A stretch of 64,000 nt of DNA, from positions 24,273 through 88,272 of the forward strand of contig JAWSUI010000010.1 of the NCBI GenBank assembly GCA_033551855.1, written 5' to 3'. Source of the stretch: Deferrisomatales bacterium (lineage in GTDB: Bacteria > Desulfobacterota > Deferrisomatia > Deferrisomatales > JACRMM01). The position numbers and the translations under genes are program-made. The notes under the pieces were generated by a model, which searched no databases, was not told where the DNA came from, and saw nothing but the letters and a program-made list of their open reading frames with translations. Within the stretch, counting starts at the first letter, position 1, and the number at the start of each line of letters is the position of its first letter. Positions 19,306-28,685 of this stretch are shown one piece after another.

Positions 19306-20186
19306 GCGGCGCCCTCCAGGAGGCCGCAGTCCCGCAGCACGGCGGCAAGCTTCTTCCCGGTCCCCTCCTGAAGGGGGCACAGGGGAAGTCTCAACTCGGG
19401 CCGAATCCGCCCCATGAGGGCGAGGGCGCTCTTCACGGGAATCGGATTCGTCTCCAGGAACAGGGCCCGGGCGAGGGGCATGGTGCGGAAGTGAAGGTCC
19501 CGGGCCCGCGCGAGATCGCCGGCCTCGAAGGCCTGGACCATGGCCGAGACCTCGGCGGGGATCACGTTGGAGAGCACGGAGATCACCCCGCGCCCGCCCA
19601 GACTCAGGAGCGGCAGGACCGTGAAATCGTCCCCGGAGAGCACGGCGAGGCGGTCGCCGCACAGCTCGAGGACATCGCTCACCTGCTGGAGGTCTCCCGT
19701 GGCCTCCTTGATCCCCACCACTTCCGGCAGGTCGGCCAGGCGCGCCACCGTCTCGGGCAACAGGTTCACGCCGGTCCGCCCCGGCACGTTGTACGGAATG
19801 AGGGGGAAACTGGCCTCCTCGGCCACAGCCCGGTAGTGCCGGTAGAGCCCCTCCTGGGTCGGCTTGTTGTAGTAGGGGGTGATGAGCAGCGCCCCGTCGG
19901 CCCCCGCCTCTTTCGCGTGGCAGGTGAGGCGCACGGCCTCGGCCGTGGAATTGGAGCCGGTGCCGGCGATCACCGGGACCCGGCCGCGGGCCTCCTCGAC
20001 GGCGATGTCGATGACCCGGTTGTGCTCCTCGTGGCTCAATGTGGCCGACTCGCCCGTCGTCCCGCAGGGCACGATCCCCGACACCCCCTCGCGGATCTGC
20101 CAGTCGATGAGCTCCCGGTAGGCCTCCTCGTCCACGCGGCCGTCGCGAAACGGGGTGACCAGCGCGGTGATGGTGCCGCCGAACAT
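19302..20186 (-). CDS. dapA: 4-hydroxy-tetrahydrodipicolinate synthase
   Basis: CGTTGES, TPYYNKP, YNVPGRT, GIKEA and ETNPIPVK motifs. Confidence 0.97.
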   Translation of the reverse strand: MFGGTITALVTPFRDGRVDEEAYRELIDWQIREGVSGIVPCGTTGESATLSHEEHNRVIDIAVEEARGRVPVIAGTGSNSTAEAVRLTCHAKEAGADGALLITPYYNKPTQEGLYRHYRAVAEEASFPLIPYNVPGRTGVNLLPETVARLADLPEVVGIKEATGDLQQVSDVLELCGDRLAVLSGDDFTVLPLLSLGGRGVISVLSNVIPAEVSAMVQAFEAGDLARARDLHFRTMPLARALFLETNPIPVKSALALMGRIRPELRLPLCPLQEGTGKKLAAVLRDCGLLEGAA

Positions 20187-20353
20187 CGTGTCCTCCTCTC
20201 GGGGAAAGCGCCGGAAACCTCGCGGATCCTACCAACCCGGCCTGGGCAAGTCAAAAGCTGGCAAACCCCGCATCCGTGGGCTATAAGGGCCGGGAACGGA
20301 CGAGGGGAGGCCGCTGGGCGGCCTCCCCTCGGGCACGGCTGCTGCCGGGGGCC

Positions 20354-20638
20354 TCAGGCGCTCGAGCTCGGGCACGAAGCGCACGCGGGTTTGGAGCCGC
20401 CGGCTGCGCAGGAAGGGGCGGAATCGGGCTTTGCCGCCTTCTCCGGCCCGCGCCCCGTCTTGGAGCCGTAGTCGGTGGCGTACCAACCGGAGCCCTTCAG
20501 CACGAAGGAACTCTGGGAGATCAGCTTCTCGACGGGCCCCTCGCACTTGGGGCAAGCGCGCAAGGGTGCGTCGGTGATCCTCTGGGTGACCTCGAACTCG
20601 TCGTGGCAGCTGTCGCAGCGGTACTCGTAGATGGGCAT
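20354..20638 (-). CDS. FmdB family zinc-ribbon protein
   Basis: MPIYEYRCDSC...CPKC...FVLKGSGWYATDY. Confidence 0.88.
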   Translation of the reverse strand: MPIYEYRCDSCHDEFEVTQRITDAPLRACPKCEGPVEKLISQSSFVLKGSGWYATDYGSKTGRGPEKAAKPDSAPSCAAGGSKPACASCPSSSA

Positions 20639-20778
20639 GGGTTTCACCTCCGTCGCATGCATCTCCCTCCCTGGGAAGGGGCGATGTTTTATAACACCGG
20701 AGGCGCCGTGAGGCAACCGAAAGGTACGGTCCGGGCTCCACCATCATATTCTCCGCCGGGGCCGGGGAGCCTGGGAGC

Positions 20779-20880
20779 GCAGCCCCGCACCGCCTCGACC
20801 GACCCACCGAGTCCGGGGGCGACGAGTGAATCCCGGCGCACCGGGGCCTGCGGGGACACCCCGTCGAATCGCGGCAGGCC
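20779..20880 (+). repeat. Dispersed degenerate repeat family B, copy 2
   Basis: GCAGCCCCGCACCGCCTCGACCGACCC...CCCGGCGCACCGGGGCCTGC.GGGACACCCC.TCGAAT. Confidence 0.7.
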
Positions 20881-20917
20881 GCGGTGCGAAGCGGAGGGGC
20901 GCCCCGGCGCGGCCCAC

Positions 20918-22096
20918 GTGCCGGGCGGTGGGTCCCGGACGGGGGACACGGGCGGGCACCGGCGGGGGAGCATCTCGGGGGAGGGCATCACCCTCGGCGG
21001 GAGCCTGATCAACGTCGCGCTGGTGTTGGTGAAGGGCGCCGCTGGCACCGTGGGGCAAAGTGCCGCCCTCGTCGCCGACGCCCTCCACTCCCTCTCGGAC
21101 CTGGCCAGCGACCTCGTCGTGCTCCTCGGGTACCGGGTCGGCCGAAGGCCGCAGGACCCCACCCACCCGTACGGTCACGGGAAGGTGGAGACGCTCTCCA
21201 CGGCGGTGGTGGGAGCCATCCTCGTGGCCGTCGGGCTGGGCATGGGCTCCGGGGCGCTGCGGTCCCTGCTCTCCCCCGACCCGCTCCCCCTGCCGGGACG
21301 GGTCGCCCTGTGGGCGGCGGCAGCCTCGCTCCTGGCCAAGGAGATCCTCTACCAGTGGACCGCACGGGTCGCCCGGAGCGAGGACAGTCGGCTCCTCCTG
21401 GCCAACGCCTGGCACCACCGCTCCGATGCCCTCTCCTCCGCGGCTGCGCTCGCCGGGGTGGCGGGGGCCCGTTGGGGCGCCCCCTGGATGGATCCCGCCG
21501 GCGCGCTGGTGGTGTGTCTCTTCGTGATCAAGGTGGGGTGGGATCTGGGCTGGCAGGCGACCCGGGAGCTGGTGGACACGGCGCCGGACCGGGAGCTGCT
21601 CGAGCGCCTGGCCGCGGCGGTTTCCCGGGTCGAGGGGGTAAGGAGCCACCACGACCTGCGGGCGCGCCGCCTCGGCAAGGACATCCTCGTGGACGTGGAC
21701 ATCGAGGTGGACCCGGAGCTCAGCGTGGTCCAGGGCCACGACCTGGCCCGGGCCGTGCGCCAGGAGATGCTGCAGGGCGTCAAGGGGGTCCGGGACGCCA
21801 TGGTCCACGTGGAGCCCGTGGGCGCCCGGGAAGGGGGCATACACTCCCCCGCCGGCCGCTGGGGCATCCTGGGGGCGGCCGAGGCGATCGCCCGACGCAC
21901 CCCCGGGGTGCTCGGCTTCCACAAGACCCGCGTCGTACCCCTGGAGAGCGGCTACCTCCTCAACATCCACATCGAGGTGGCCCCTGCCCTTGCCCTCCAG
22001 GAGGCGCACGCCGTGGCGCACCGGCTCGAAGAAGCCGTACGGGCCCTGCCCGGCATCGTCGACGCCGTGGTCCACGTGGACATCCACGGGGAGTAA
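20918..22096 (+). CDS. Cation diffusion facilitator transporter with two C-terminal dimerisation domains
   Basis: ADALHSLSD, HPYGHGKVE and AWHHRSD motifs; two ZT_dimer-like repeats ending MVHVEP and VVHVD. Start approximate. Confidence 0.88.
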   Translation: MPGGGSRTGDTGGHRRGSISGEGITLGGSLINVALVLVKGAAGTVGQSAALVADALHSLSDLASDLVVLLGYRVGRRPQDPTHPYGHGKVETLSTAVVGAILVAVGLGMGSGALRSLLSPDPLPLPGRVALWAAAASLLAKEILYQWTARVARSEDSRLLLANAWHHRSDALSSAAALAGVAGARWGAPWMDPAGALVVCLFVIKVGWDLGWQATRELVDTAPDRELLERLAAAVSRVEGVRSHHDLRARRLGKDILVDVDIEVDPELSVVQGHDLARAVRQEMLQGVKGVRDAMVHVEPVGAREGGIHSPAGRWGILGAAEAIARRTPGVLGFHKTRVVPLESGYLLNIHIEVAPALALQEAHAVAHRLEEAVRALPGIVDAVVHVDIHGE

Positions 22097-22099
22097 TCG

Positions 22100-22308
22100 G
22101 GTTCTTCCGGTAAACGACCGGGTGGGCCCGCCCACTCCGGCAGACGAGGCCGGACTGCACGGTAGGTGTTCTCCCCCGCCGCGTCCGGAATCCTCGCGAC
22201 ATCGCGACTCCCGAAGCGGCTGCTCCCATCGAGCGGCCGTCCGCCTACGTGGTCGGGCCCACCCGATCGTCCCTGGATACGAGGTCCCGGTCATTTCCCG
22301 GATGATTC
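22100..22308 (+). mobile_element. 209-bp MITE copy 1
   Basis: Imperfect TIR GGTTCTTCCGGTAAACGACCGGG / CCCGGTCATTTCCCGGATGATTC. Flanking 8-bp direct repeat AGTAATCG at 22092-22099 and 22309-22316. Confidence 0.92.
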
Positions 22309-22332
22309 AGTAATCGGGTCGGGGGCGCCCCT

Positions 22333-24531
22333 TCAGCCCCCCCGCAGCAGGAACCGGCGGTACTCCCAGAGTCGGGCGAGGACCCGAGCCGCGCGCTCCG
22401 GTGTCGGGAAGGCCAGGATTCGATCGGCGCGTCCCTCGACGTCGAGGAGTGTGCGGCCCCGCGGCTCGGGGAGCAGGGTCACCCCTACCACGGGCTTGCC
22501 GTACCGCTCGGCCAGGCGGGCGATCGCCCTGCGGCTCTCGTCCTCGTGGCGCGCCGCCTGTGCCTCCGCGGCGTCCAGCACCGCCGCCGGCTGCTCCGGG
22601 TCCACGGCCCGAGCCGACGCGACGCCGGCCCGGAGGAATGACTCCCGGCCCAGAATTCCCAGATGGATGACGGCGTCCGCCCCCCCCCACGCGAGGAGCT
22701 CCTCCAGAACCGCCGCGGGGAGCGCGGGCCCCGGCTCCCCCACCAAGTCCACGGGGTTGGTCCGGCTCCAGTAGGAGGGAAGGAGCCGATCCAGGCGTTC
22801 CCGCACCCCGGGCGCCAGGGCCGGGAGCTCGAGCCCCAGCTCCGCGCAGGCGTCGGCGGCCACGACACCCCACCCTCCGCCCCAGGTCATCACGGCGACC
22901 CGTGGTCCCCTGGGCAGCGGCAACGCCGTGAACGCGGCGGACGCGTCGAGGAGGTCGGTTGGGTGATCCGCCAGCACGACGCCGGCCTGGCGGCACGCGG
23001 CGGCAAACACCCGGGCATCCCCGGCCAAAGCGCCGGTGTGGCTCGCCGCCGCCCGCTGCCCCGCGCCGGTGCGGCCCCCCTTCAAGGCGACCAGGGGCTT
23101 GCGCCGGCCCAGGCGCCGGGCCGCCTCGAAAAAGCGCCGTCCCTCCTTGACCCCCTCCAGGTACAGGATCACGGTCCGGGTCAGGTCGTCGGTCTCCAGG
23201 GCCTCCAGGAAGTCCTCCACACCGACCATGGCTTCGTTCCCCGTTCCGCAGAAGGCACGAATCCCGATCCCCTGGGCTTCCGCGAAGGAGAGAAGCTGGA
23301 CCCCCATGTTGCCCGACTGGGAGAGGAGAGCCGCAGAGCCGGGCTGCGGCCGCACGTGGGCGCCGGTCGCGTAGAACCGGAGGTGGGGGTTGAGGATGCC
23401 CATGGTGTTGGGCCCGACCAGGGTGACCCCCGCGTCACGCGCCGCGCACACGAGGCGCTCCTCGAGAACCCTGCCCTCGGCCCCCGTCTCCCCGAAGCCG
23501 GAAGATACGACGACGGCGCTGCGCACGCCCCGTTCCCCCAGCTGGGTGACGACGGAGGCGACCGTCTCCGCCGGCACGGTGACCACCGCCAGGTCGACCC
23601 CGTCGGGCAGGGCCGCCACCCTCGGCAGCGCCTCGCGCCCGGCGACAGAGCCCCCCCTGGGGTTCACCGGGTAGATCGGCCCGGGAAAACCCCCGGCCAG
23701 GCAGTTGGTCAAGACGGCGTGCCCCCACTTCCCCATCTTGCCGGTGGCACCGACGAACGCCACCGAGCGCGGGTGGAAGAGGCGGGCCAGGGCGCCTGCG
23801 GAGACGCGCCTCCGGGGCTCCCTCCCCCTGTCGTCACCGAGCACCACCAGGGCGTCAACCGCGACCACCGACCCGTCGGGCCGAACCAGCAGGGGGTTCA
23901 CGTCGACCTCCGCGACCGCCGGATGCTCCTCGGCCAAGCGGGAGAGCCCGAGGACGGCAGCGATGAGCGCGTCCCGCTGCACGGCAGGTTCTCCCCGGAA
24001 GCGCCCGAGGACGGCGCGGGCCCGCAGCCGCTCCAAGAGGGCGGCGGCCTCGGCCTCGGTCAGGGGCGCCAGGGCCAGCGCCACGTCGTCGAGAGCCTCT
24101 GCGAGCACGCCCCCCAGTCCGAAGGCGACGACCGGCCCGAACCCGGGGTCCCGGAAGAGCCCCAGAAGCAGCTCTCGCCGGCCCGGCACGAGGGGCTGGA
24201 CCACGAAGCCCTTCACCTCCCCGCCGCCGAGCCGGGCAACCTCCCGCGCCGCGTCCGCGACCTCGGAGGGCCCCCGGAGGCCGATCCGCACGAGGCCGTG
24301 CTCGCTCTTGTGGGCCAGGGCGGCGCCCAAGGCCTTCAGGACCACCGGGAATCCCAGCTCTCGGCCGGCCTCTACCGCTTCCTCGGGAGTGGAGGCCACC
24401 CGCTCCTCAACGGTCGGGACCCCGTAGCGGGAGACCAGGGCCTTCGACTCCGCCTCGTCCAAGGTCCGTCGGCCCTCCCGTCCGGCACTCTCCAGGGGCT
24501 CGGCGCGGCTCCCTCCGCCCTTCCCGTTCAT
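22333..24531 (-). CDS. ADP-forming acyl-CoA (acetate-CoA) ligase family, ATP-grasp domain N-terminal
   Basis: HKSEHG, DPGFGP, DVNPL, VGPNTMG, SQSGN, AASHTGALAG and NPVDL motifs. Confidence 0.9.
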   Translation of the reverse strand: MNGKGGGSRAEPLESAGREGRRTLDEAESKALVSRYGVPTVEERVASTPEEAVEAGRELGFPVVLKALGAALAHKSEHGLVRIGLRGPSEVADAAREVARLGGGEVKGFVVQPLVPGRRELLLGLFRDPGFGPVVAFGLGGVLAEALDDVALALAPLTEAEAAALLERLRARAVLGRFRGEPAVQRDALIAAVLGLSRLAEEHPAVAEVDVNPLLVRPDGSVVAVDALVVLGDDRGREPRRRVSAGALARLFHPRSVAFVGATGKMGKWGHAVLTNCLAGGFPGPIYPVNPRGGSVAGREALPRVAALPDGVDLAVVTVPAETVASVVTQLGERGVRSAVVVSSGFGETGAEGRVLEERLVCAARDAGVTLVGPNTMGILNPHLRFYATGAHVRPQPGSAALLSQSGNMGVQLLSFAEAQGIGIRAFCGTGNEAMVGVEDFLEALETDDLTRTVILYLEGVKEGRRFFEAARRLGRRKPLVALKGGRTGAGQRAAASHTGALAGDARVFAAACRQAGVVLADHPTDLLDASAAFTALPLPRGPRVAVMTWGGGWGVVAADACAELGLELPALAPGVRERLDRLLPSYWSRTNPVDLVGEPGPALPAAVLEELLAWGGADAVIHLGILGRESFLRAGVASARAVDPEQPAAVLDAAEAQAARHEDESRRAIARLAERYGKPVVGVTLLPEPRGRTLLDVEGRADRILAFPTPERAARVLARLWEYRRFLLRGG

Positions 24532-24627
24532 CCCTCCGCCCTCCGTCTCCTGCCTTGCCCTTCGCCGCCGTCACGATAGGCTGTGTCCAATGGGGGAAAC
24601 GGCAACCCCGGCGAGGAGGCAAGGCAC

Positions 24628-24822
24628 ATGAACGTCCGCATCGACTATGGGCTGTGTATGGGGGACGGAAACTGCCACAAGGTGTGCCCCGAAGTCTTCG
24701 ACTACGACGACGACAAGCTGCGGGGGGTGGTCAAGGTCCAGGCCGTGCCGAAGAATCTGGAGGCCAAAGTGCGCCAGGCGGCCGAGGAGTGCAACCCCCA
24801 GGCGATCGAGATCGAGGAGTAG
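24628..24822 (+). CDS. Ferredoxin (single-cluster, probably 3Fe-4S/4Fe-4S)
   Basis: GAGGAGG RBS; CMGDGNC..VCP...ECNPQAI. Confidence 0.88.
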   Translation: MNVRIDYGLCMGDGNCHKVCPEVFDYDDDKLRGVVKVQAVPKNLEAKVRQAAEECNPQAIEIEE

Positions 24823-24841
24823 GTCCCCGGCCCGCGGGGCC

Positions 24842-25525
24842 TCACACCGCGTAGGGGGTCGGGTCCGGGACGCCGGCCTCCCGGAACCCCTTGCGCCGCA
24901 GGAGGCAGCTGTCGCACCGGCCGCACGCCCGGCCGTCCCTGCCCGGGTCGTAGCAGGACCGTGTGAGCCCGTAGTCCACTCCCAGAGCCGCACCTCGGCG
25001 GATGATCTCGGCTTTGGTCCAGTGGAGCAGCGGCGCGCGGACCCGGAAGCGGTCTCCCTCCACGCCGGCCCGCGTGCCGAGGTTCGCCACCCGCTCGAAG
25101 GCCTCCAGGAACTCCGGCCGGCAGTCGGGGTAGCCCGAATAGTCGAGCGCGTTGACGCCGATGAAGAGGTCCCGGGCTCCCAGGACCTCGGCCCAGGCCA
25201 GGGCAAAGGAGAGGAAGACGGTGTTTCGCGCCGGCACGTAGGTGACGGGGATCTCCTTCCCGATCGCCTCCTCCGAGTCCGACTTGGGGACGGCGATGTC
25301 CGCGGTGAGGGCGGAACCGCCGAAGGCCCGCAGGTCGATGCCGGCCACGTGGTGCGCGGCCGCGCCCAAAGCCGCCGCCACCCTGCGGGCGGCGTCGAGC
25401 TCCACGGCGTGGCGCTGGCCATAGGCGAAGGAGAGGGCGTAGGTTTCGAAGCCCTCGGCCCGGGCGATGGCCAGGCAGGTGGCCGAGTCGAGCCCCCCGC
25501 TCAGGAGCACGACGGCGCGGGGCAT
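24842..25525 (-). CDS. queC: 7-cyano-7-deazaguanine synthase
   Basis: [26 protein letters not shown] and SCY...CGRCDSC motifs. Confidence 0.97.
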   Translation of the reverse strand: MPRAVVLLSGGLDSATCLAIARAEGFETYALSFAYGQRHAVELDAARRVAAALGAAAHHVAGIDLRAFGGSALTADIAVPKSDSEEAIGKEIPVTYVPARNTVFLSFALAWAEVLGARDLFIGVNALDYSGYPDCRPEFLEAFERVANLGTRAGVEGDRFRVRAPLLHWTKAEIIRRGAALGVDYGLTRSCYDPGRDGRACGRCDSCLLRRKGFREAGVPDPTPYAV

Positions 25526-25701
25526 GGGACCTCCTCCCGTCGAGGCGGTGTGGAAACCACGGGGGGCGCATGCCGGCAGGCGGAGACCGCCGCGCTGCGA
25601 GCGCCCGGGATGGGCCGTCCCTCCATGAGAACTGCGCCCGGTGCCCGGTCAGGAGGGGGGTACCCCGCCCTCCTGCCGGGCACGCCCTCGCACCGGCCTG
25701 A

Positions 25702-26997
25702 CTACGTGCGCTCGTCGATGACCCGCTTGGCCTTGCCCTCGCTCCGGGCGATGCTGCCCAGGGGCACGACCTGCACCGGGGCGTTGATCCCGATGACACC
25801 GTGGATCCTCGCCGAGACCCGTTTGCCCAGGTCCAGCAGGCCCTCCTTTCCCTGCCCGTACACCTCCGCCTTGGCCTCGACCTCCACCTTGATGGCGTCC
25901 AGATAGCCCTTCTTGGTCACTCGGATCTGGTACTGGGGCTCCAGCTCCGCAAACTCCATGATGACGGACTCCACTTGGCTGGGGAACACGTTCACCCCGG
26001 AGATGATCAGCATGTCGTCGGACCGGCCCAGGATCTTGTCCATCGTCACCAGGGTCCGGCCGCACGCGCAGGTCTGGCGCTGCAGGCTCGTGATGTCCCG
26101 AGTCCGGTAGCGAAGCAGCGGCATGGCGCGGCGCTGGAGGGCCGTGAAGACGAGCTCTCCCTTTTCCCCCAGGGGCATGGGCTCCAGGGTGGAGGGGTCG
26201 ACGATCTCCGGGTACGTGTGGTCCTCGTTGAGGTGCAGCTGTCGTGCCTCGCAGGAGAACCCGACCCCCGGCCCCATCATCTCGGTCAGGCCGTAGGCCT
26301 CGTGGGCGGCGATCCCCATGCGCGCCTCGATCTCCTCGCGCATCTTCACGGTCCACGGCTCGGCGCCGAAGGAGCCCACGCGCAGGGACATCGTGTGCAG
26401 GTCGATCCCCATCTGTTCAGCCTTTTCGGCGATCGTCAGGGCGTAGGTCGGGGTGGACAGGAGGACGGTGCTCCCGAAGTCCTTCATCAGCATGATCTGG
26501 CGCTCGGTCATGCCCGATCCCGTGGGGAGCATGCACGCCCCCAGCTTCTCCACCCCGAGGTAGAAGCCCAGCCCGCCCGTGAAGAGACCCATGCCGTAGG
26601 CATTCTGGCAGATGTCCTCCGAGCGGACCCCCTGCGCATAGAGCAAGCGGGCCATGCACTCGGCCCACTGGTTCAGGTCGTCGGCGGTGTACGGGCCGGT
26701 GATGGGCTTGCCCGTCGTGCCGGAGGACGCGTGGATGCGCACGAGCTCTTTCATGGGCGCGGCGCACAGCCCGAAGGGGTAGTTGTCCCGAAGATCGGTC
26801 TTCACCGTGAAGGGAAGCCGCGGCAGGTCGGCCAGGGAGCGGATCTCGCTCGGGTTCACCCCCATCTCGTCGAGCTTGCGTTCGTAAAAGGGGACCCGTT
26901 CGTACACCCACTGGACCGTCTCCTGGAGCTTCCGACCCTGAAACGCTTCCATCTCCTCCGGGGGCATCGTCTCGAACTTCTCGTCCCAGTACTTCAT
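25702..26997 (-). CDS. Phenylacetate-CoA ligase family protein (PaaK-like)
   Basis: HASSGTTGKP, YGLTEMMGPG, RYRTRD, GRSDDMLII.GVNVFPSQ and GKAKRVID motifs. Confidence 0.92.
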   Translation of the reverse strand: MKYWDEKFETMPPEEMEAFQGRKLQETVQWVYERVPFYERKLDEMGVNPSEIRSLADLPRLPFTVKTDLRDNYPFGLCAAPMKELVRIHASSGTTGKPITGPYTADDLNQWAECMARLLYAQGVRSEDICQNAYGMGLFTGGLGFYLGVEKLGACMLPTGSGMTERQIMLMKDFGSTVLLSTPTYALTIAEKAEQMGIDLHTMSLRVGSFGAEPWTVKMREEIEARMGIAAHEAYGLTEMMGPGVGFSCEARQLHLNEDHTYPEIVDPSTLEPMPLGEKGELVFTALQRRAMPLLRYRTRDITSLQRQTCACGRTLVTMDKILGRSDDMLIISGVNVFPSQVESVIMEFAELEPQYQIRVTKKGYLDAIKVEVEAKAEVYGQGKEGLLDLGKRVSARIHGVIGINAPVQVVPLGSIARSEGKAKRVIDERT

Positions 26998-27042
26998 CGC
27001 ATCTCCTCCAGACAGACAAGGTTCACGGGCGCGCGAAATACA

Positions 27043-27058
27043 AGCAAACGCTGTACCA
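27043..27058 (-). promoter_or_regulatory. Sigma-54 (-24/-12) promoter of the PaaK-like gene
   Basis: The minus strand reads TGGTAC-AGCGT-TTGCT, matching TGGYAC-N5-TTGC, about 45 nt upstream of the ATG. Confidence 0.7.
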
Positions 27059-27401
27059 ACTGCCTCCCCCTCGACAGGACCCTTCCTGACTGGCGGCGGG
27101 GGAGGGGCCGGTGGGCGGTGGCCGGCGCGAGCGGTAGATATTGGCCGAAGTGGGGGAAGATTTCAACGACGAGTCTGCCAACACGACGAGTCTGGCCCCG
27201 GACCCCCCGCCTCCTCGGCAAGCGGGGGCCGGGGGCCCCGCCGGTCGCCCCGGCCACTGCGGCGATGCGAAGTGGGGGGGCCGAGAAGGCCCCGGTGCGC
27301 CGCTTCACCCGTTTGCGTCGGGCTCGGCGAGTCGGTCGTTGCAGGACGGGGCTGCCCTCCGGGGCTTCCGGCCCCCGCCTCACGAGGCGGGCCATATTTT
27401 G

Positions 27402-27610
27402 GGTTCATCCGGGAAATGACCGGGTACTCGTGTCCAGGGACGACCGGGTGGGCCCGACCACGTAGGCGGACGGCCGCTCGACGTGAGCAGCCGCTTCGGG
27501 AGTCGCGATGTCGCGAGGATTCCGGACGCGGCGGGGGAGAACACCTACCGTGCAGCCCGGCCTCGTCTGCCGGAGTGGGCGGGCCCACCCGGTCGTTTAC
27601 CGGAGGAACC
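27402..27610 (-). mobile_element. 209-bp MITE copy 2 (inverted)
   Basis: Reverse complement of copy 1. Ends GGTTCATCCGGG / CCGGAGGAACC. TSD ATATTTTG at 27394-27401 and 27611-27618. Confidence 0.92.
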
Positions 27611-27617
27611 ATATTTT

Positions 27618-27828
27618 GGCTCTTCCGGGGAATGACGGGGTGCCGTGCCCGAGGACGGCCGGGTGGGTCCGACGCCGCAGGCGGACGGCCCCTCGATGAC
27701 CCTATCCCCGTCGGGGCCTTTGGTCCCTTCGGGTGTTCCGGGGGACCCGAGGGCTCGCACCGTCGGGGCGCCCGGCATCGGCCGCCGGAGTGGGCGGACC
27801 CACCCGGTTGTTTCCGGGACGAGGCACC
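27618..27828 (-). mobile_element. Older, diverged MITE-family relative in tandem with copy 2
   Basis: Starts GGCTCTTCCGGGGAATGACGGGGT. Shares GGGTGGG.CCGAC..CG.AGGCGGACGGCC and GCCGGAGTGGGCGG.CCCACCCGGT with copy 2, but the middle differs. Right end uncertain. Confidence 0.65.
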
Positions 27829-27919
27829 ATTCTTGGCGGCTCCGGGAGTTGCGGCCAATCGGTGCGGCCGGAGACGGACCCCCCTGCCGGGGGGGCGGCG
27901 GGAAACCCGATTTTTCGGG

Positions 27920-27973
27920 TTGACAGGAGCGGGACATCGTGGAGCATGATGTCCGAGCTGTCCCAATTTGTCC
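27920..27973 (+). promoter_or_regulatory. Candidate promoter/operator of the HTH-PTS IIA gene
   Basis: TTGACA at 27920, palindrome GGACATCGTG-GAG-CATGATGTCC (27932-27954), and TGTCC at 27950, 27959 and 27969. Confidence 0.5.
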
Positions 27974-27992
27974 ACAGCAGAAGAGGAACCCC

Positions 27993-28685
27993 ATGGAGCT
28001 CTCGGTCCGCGATGCCGCGCGTCTTCTGGGAGTGTCCGAGAAGACCGTCTACCGGTGGGCCCGCAAGGGAGAGATCCCCCTCACGCGGGTCAACGATCAG
28101 TACCGCTTCCACAGGGTGGAGCTCCTGGAGTGGGCAACCGCGCGCAAGATCCCGGTGTCCCCAGAGATCTACCAGGAGTCCGCGGACGGGCCCTGCCCGG
28201 ACCTCTCCGATGCCCTGGAGGCGGGGGGGGTCTTCTACCGAATCGAGGGGACCGACGTTGCCCAGGTGCTCCGGACCGTTGTGGACCACCTGCGATTGCC
28301 CGAGGAGGTGGACCGGGAGTACCTCTACCAGGTCCTCCTGGCCCGGGAGGAGCTCGGCTCGACGGCCGTGGGCGACGGCATCGCGATCCCCCACCCCCGC
28401 AACCCGATCGTGCTCCACGTGCCGCGCCCCACGGTGACCCTGTGCTTCCTGGAACACCCCGTGGACTTCCAGGCCCTGGACGGCCGGCCGGTACATATCC
28501 TCTTCACCCTCGTGAGCCCAACGGTGCGGGCGCACCTGCACCTGCTCTCACGCCTGGCGTTCTGCCTGCGCGACGGGACCCTGCGGGAGCTCCTGGCGGA
28601 GCCTGCAAGCCGTGACGTCCTCCACCAGGCTTTTCGCGAAGTCGAGAGGGACATCCCGAGGCCCCCGGGAGACACGAGCGGGTGA
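27993..28685 (+). CDS. Excisionase-type HTH + PTS IIA (PtsN-like) regulatory protein
   Basis: LSVRDAARLLGVSEKTVYRW HTH; REELGSTAVGDGIAIPHPR phospho-His motif. Confidence 0.92.
   Translation: MELSVRDAARLLGVSEKTVYRWARKGEIPLTRVNDQYRFHRVELLEWATARKIPVSPEIYQESADGPCPDLSDALEAGGVFYRIEGTDVAQVLRTVVDHLRLPEEVDREYLYQVLLAREELGSTAVGDGIAIPHPRNPIVLHVPRPTVTLCFLEHPVDFQALDGRPVHILFTLVSPTVRAHLHLLSRLAFCLRDGTLRELLAEPASRDVLHQAFREVERDIPRPPGDTSG

Noticed and set aside
22100..22308. Recurring peptides (VGPPTPADEAGLHGRC..., MTGYSCPG...) in several ORF translations
   Set aside because: These are translations of the non-coding MITE, not a protein family.
24570..24615. Possible c-di-GMP riboswitch before the ferredoxin
   Set aside because: Only a GGAAAC/GGCAAC-like word is present; the two-stem GEMM architecture is not evident.
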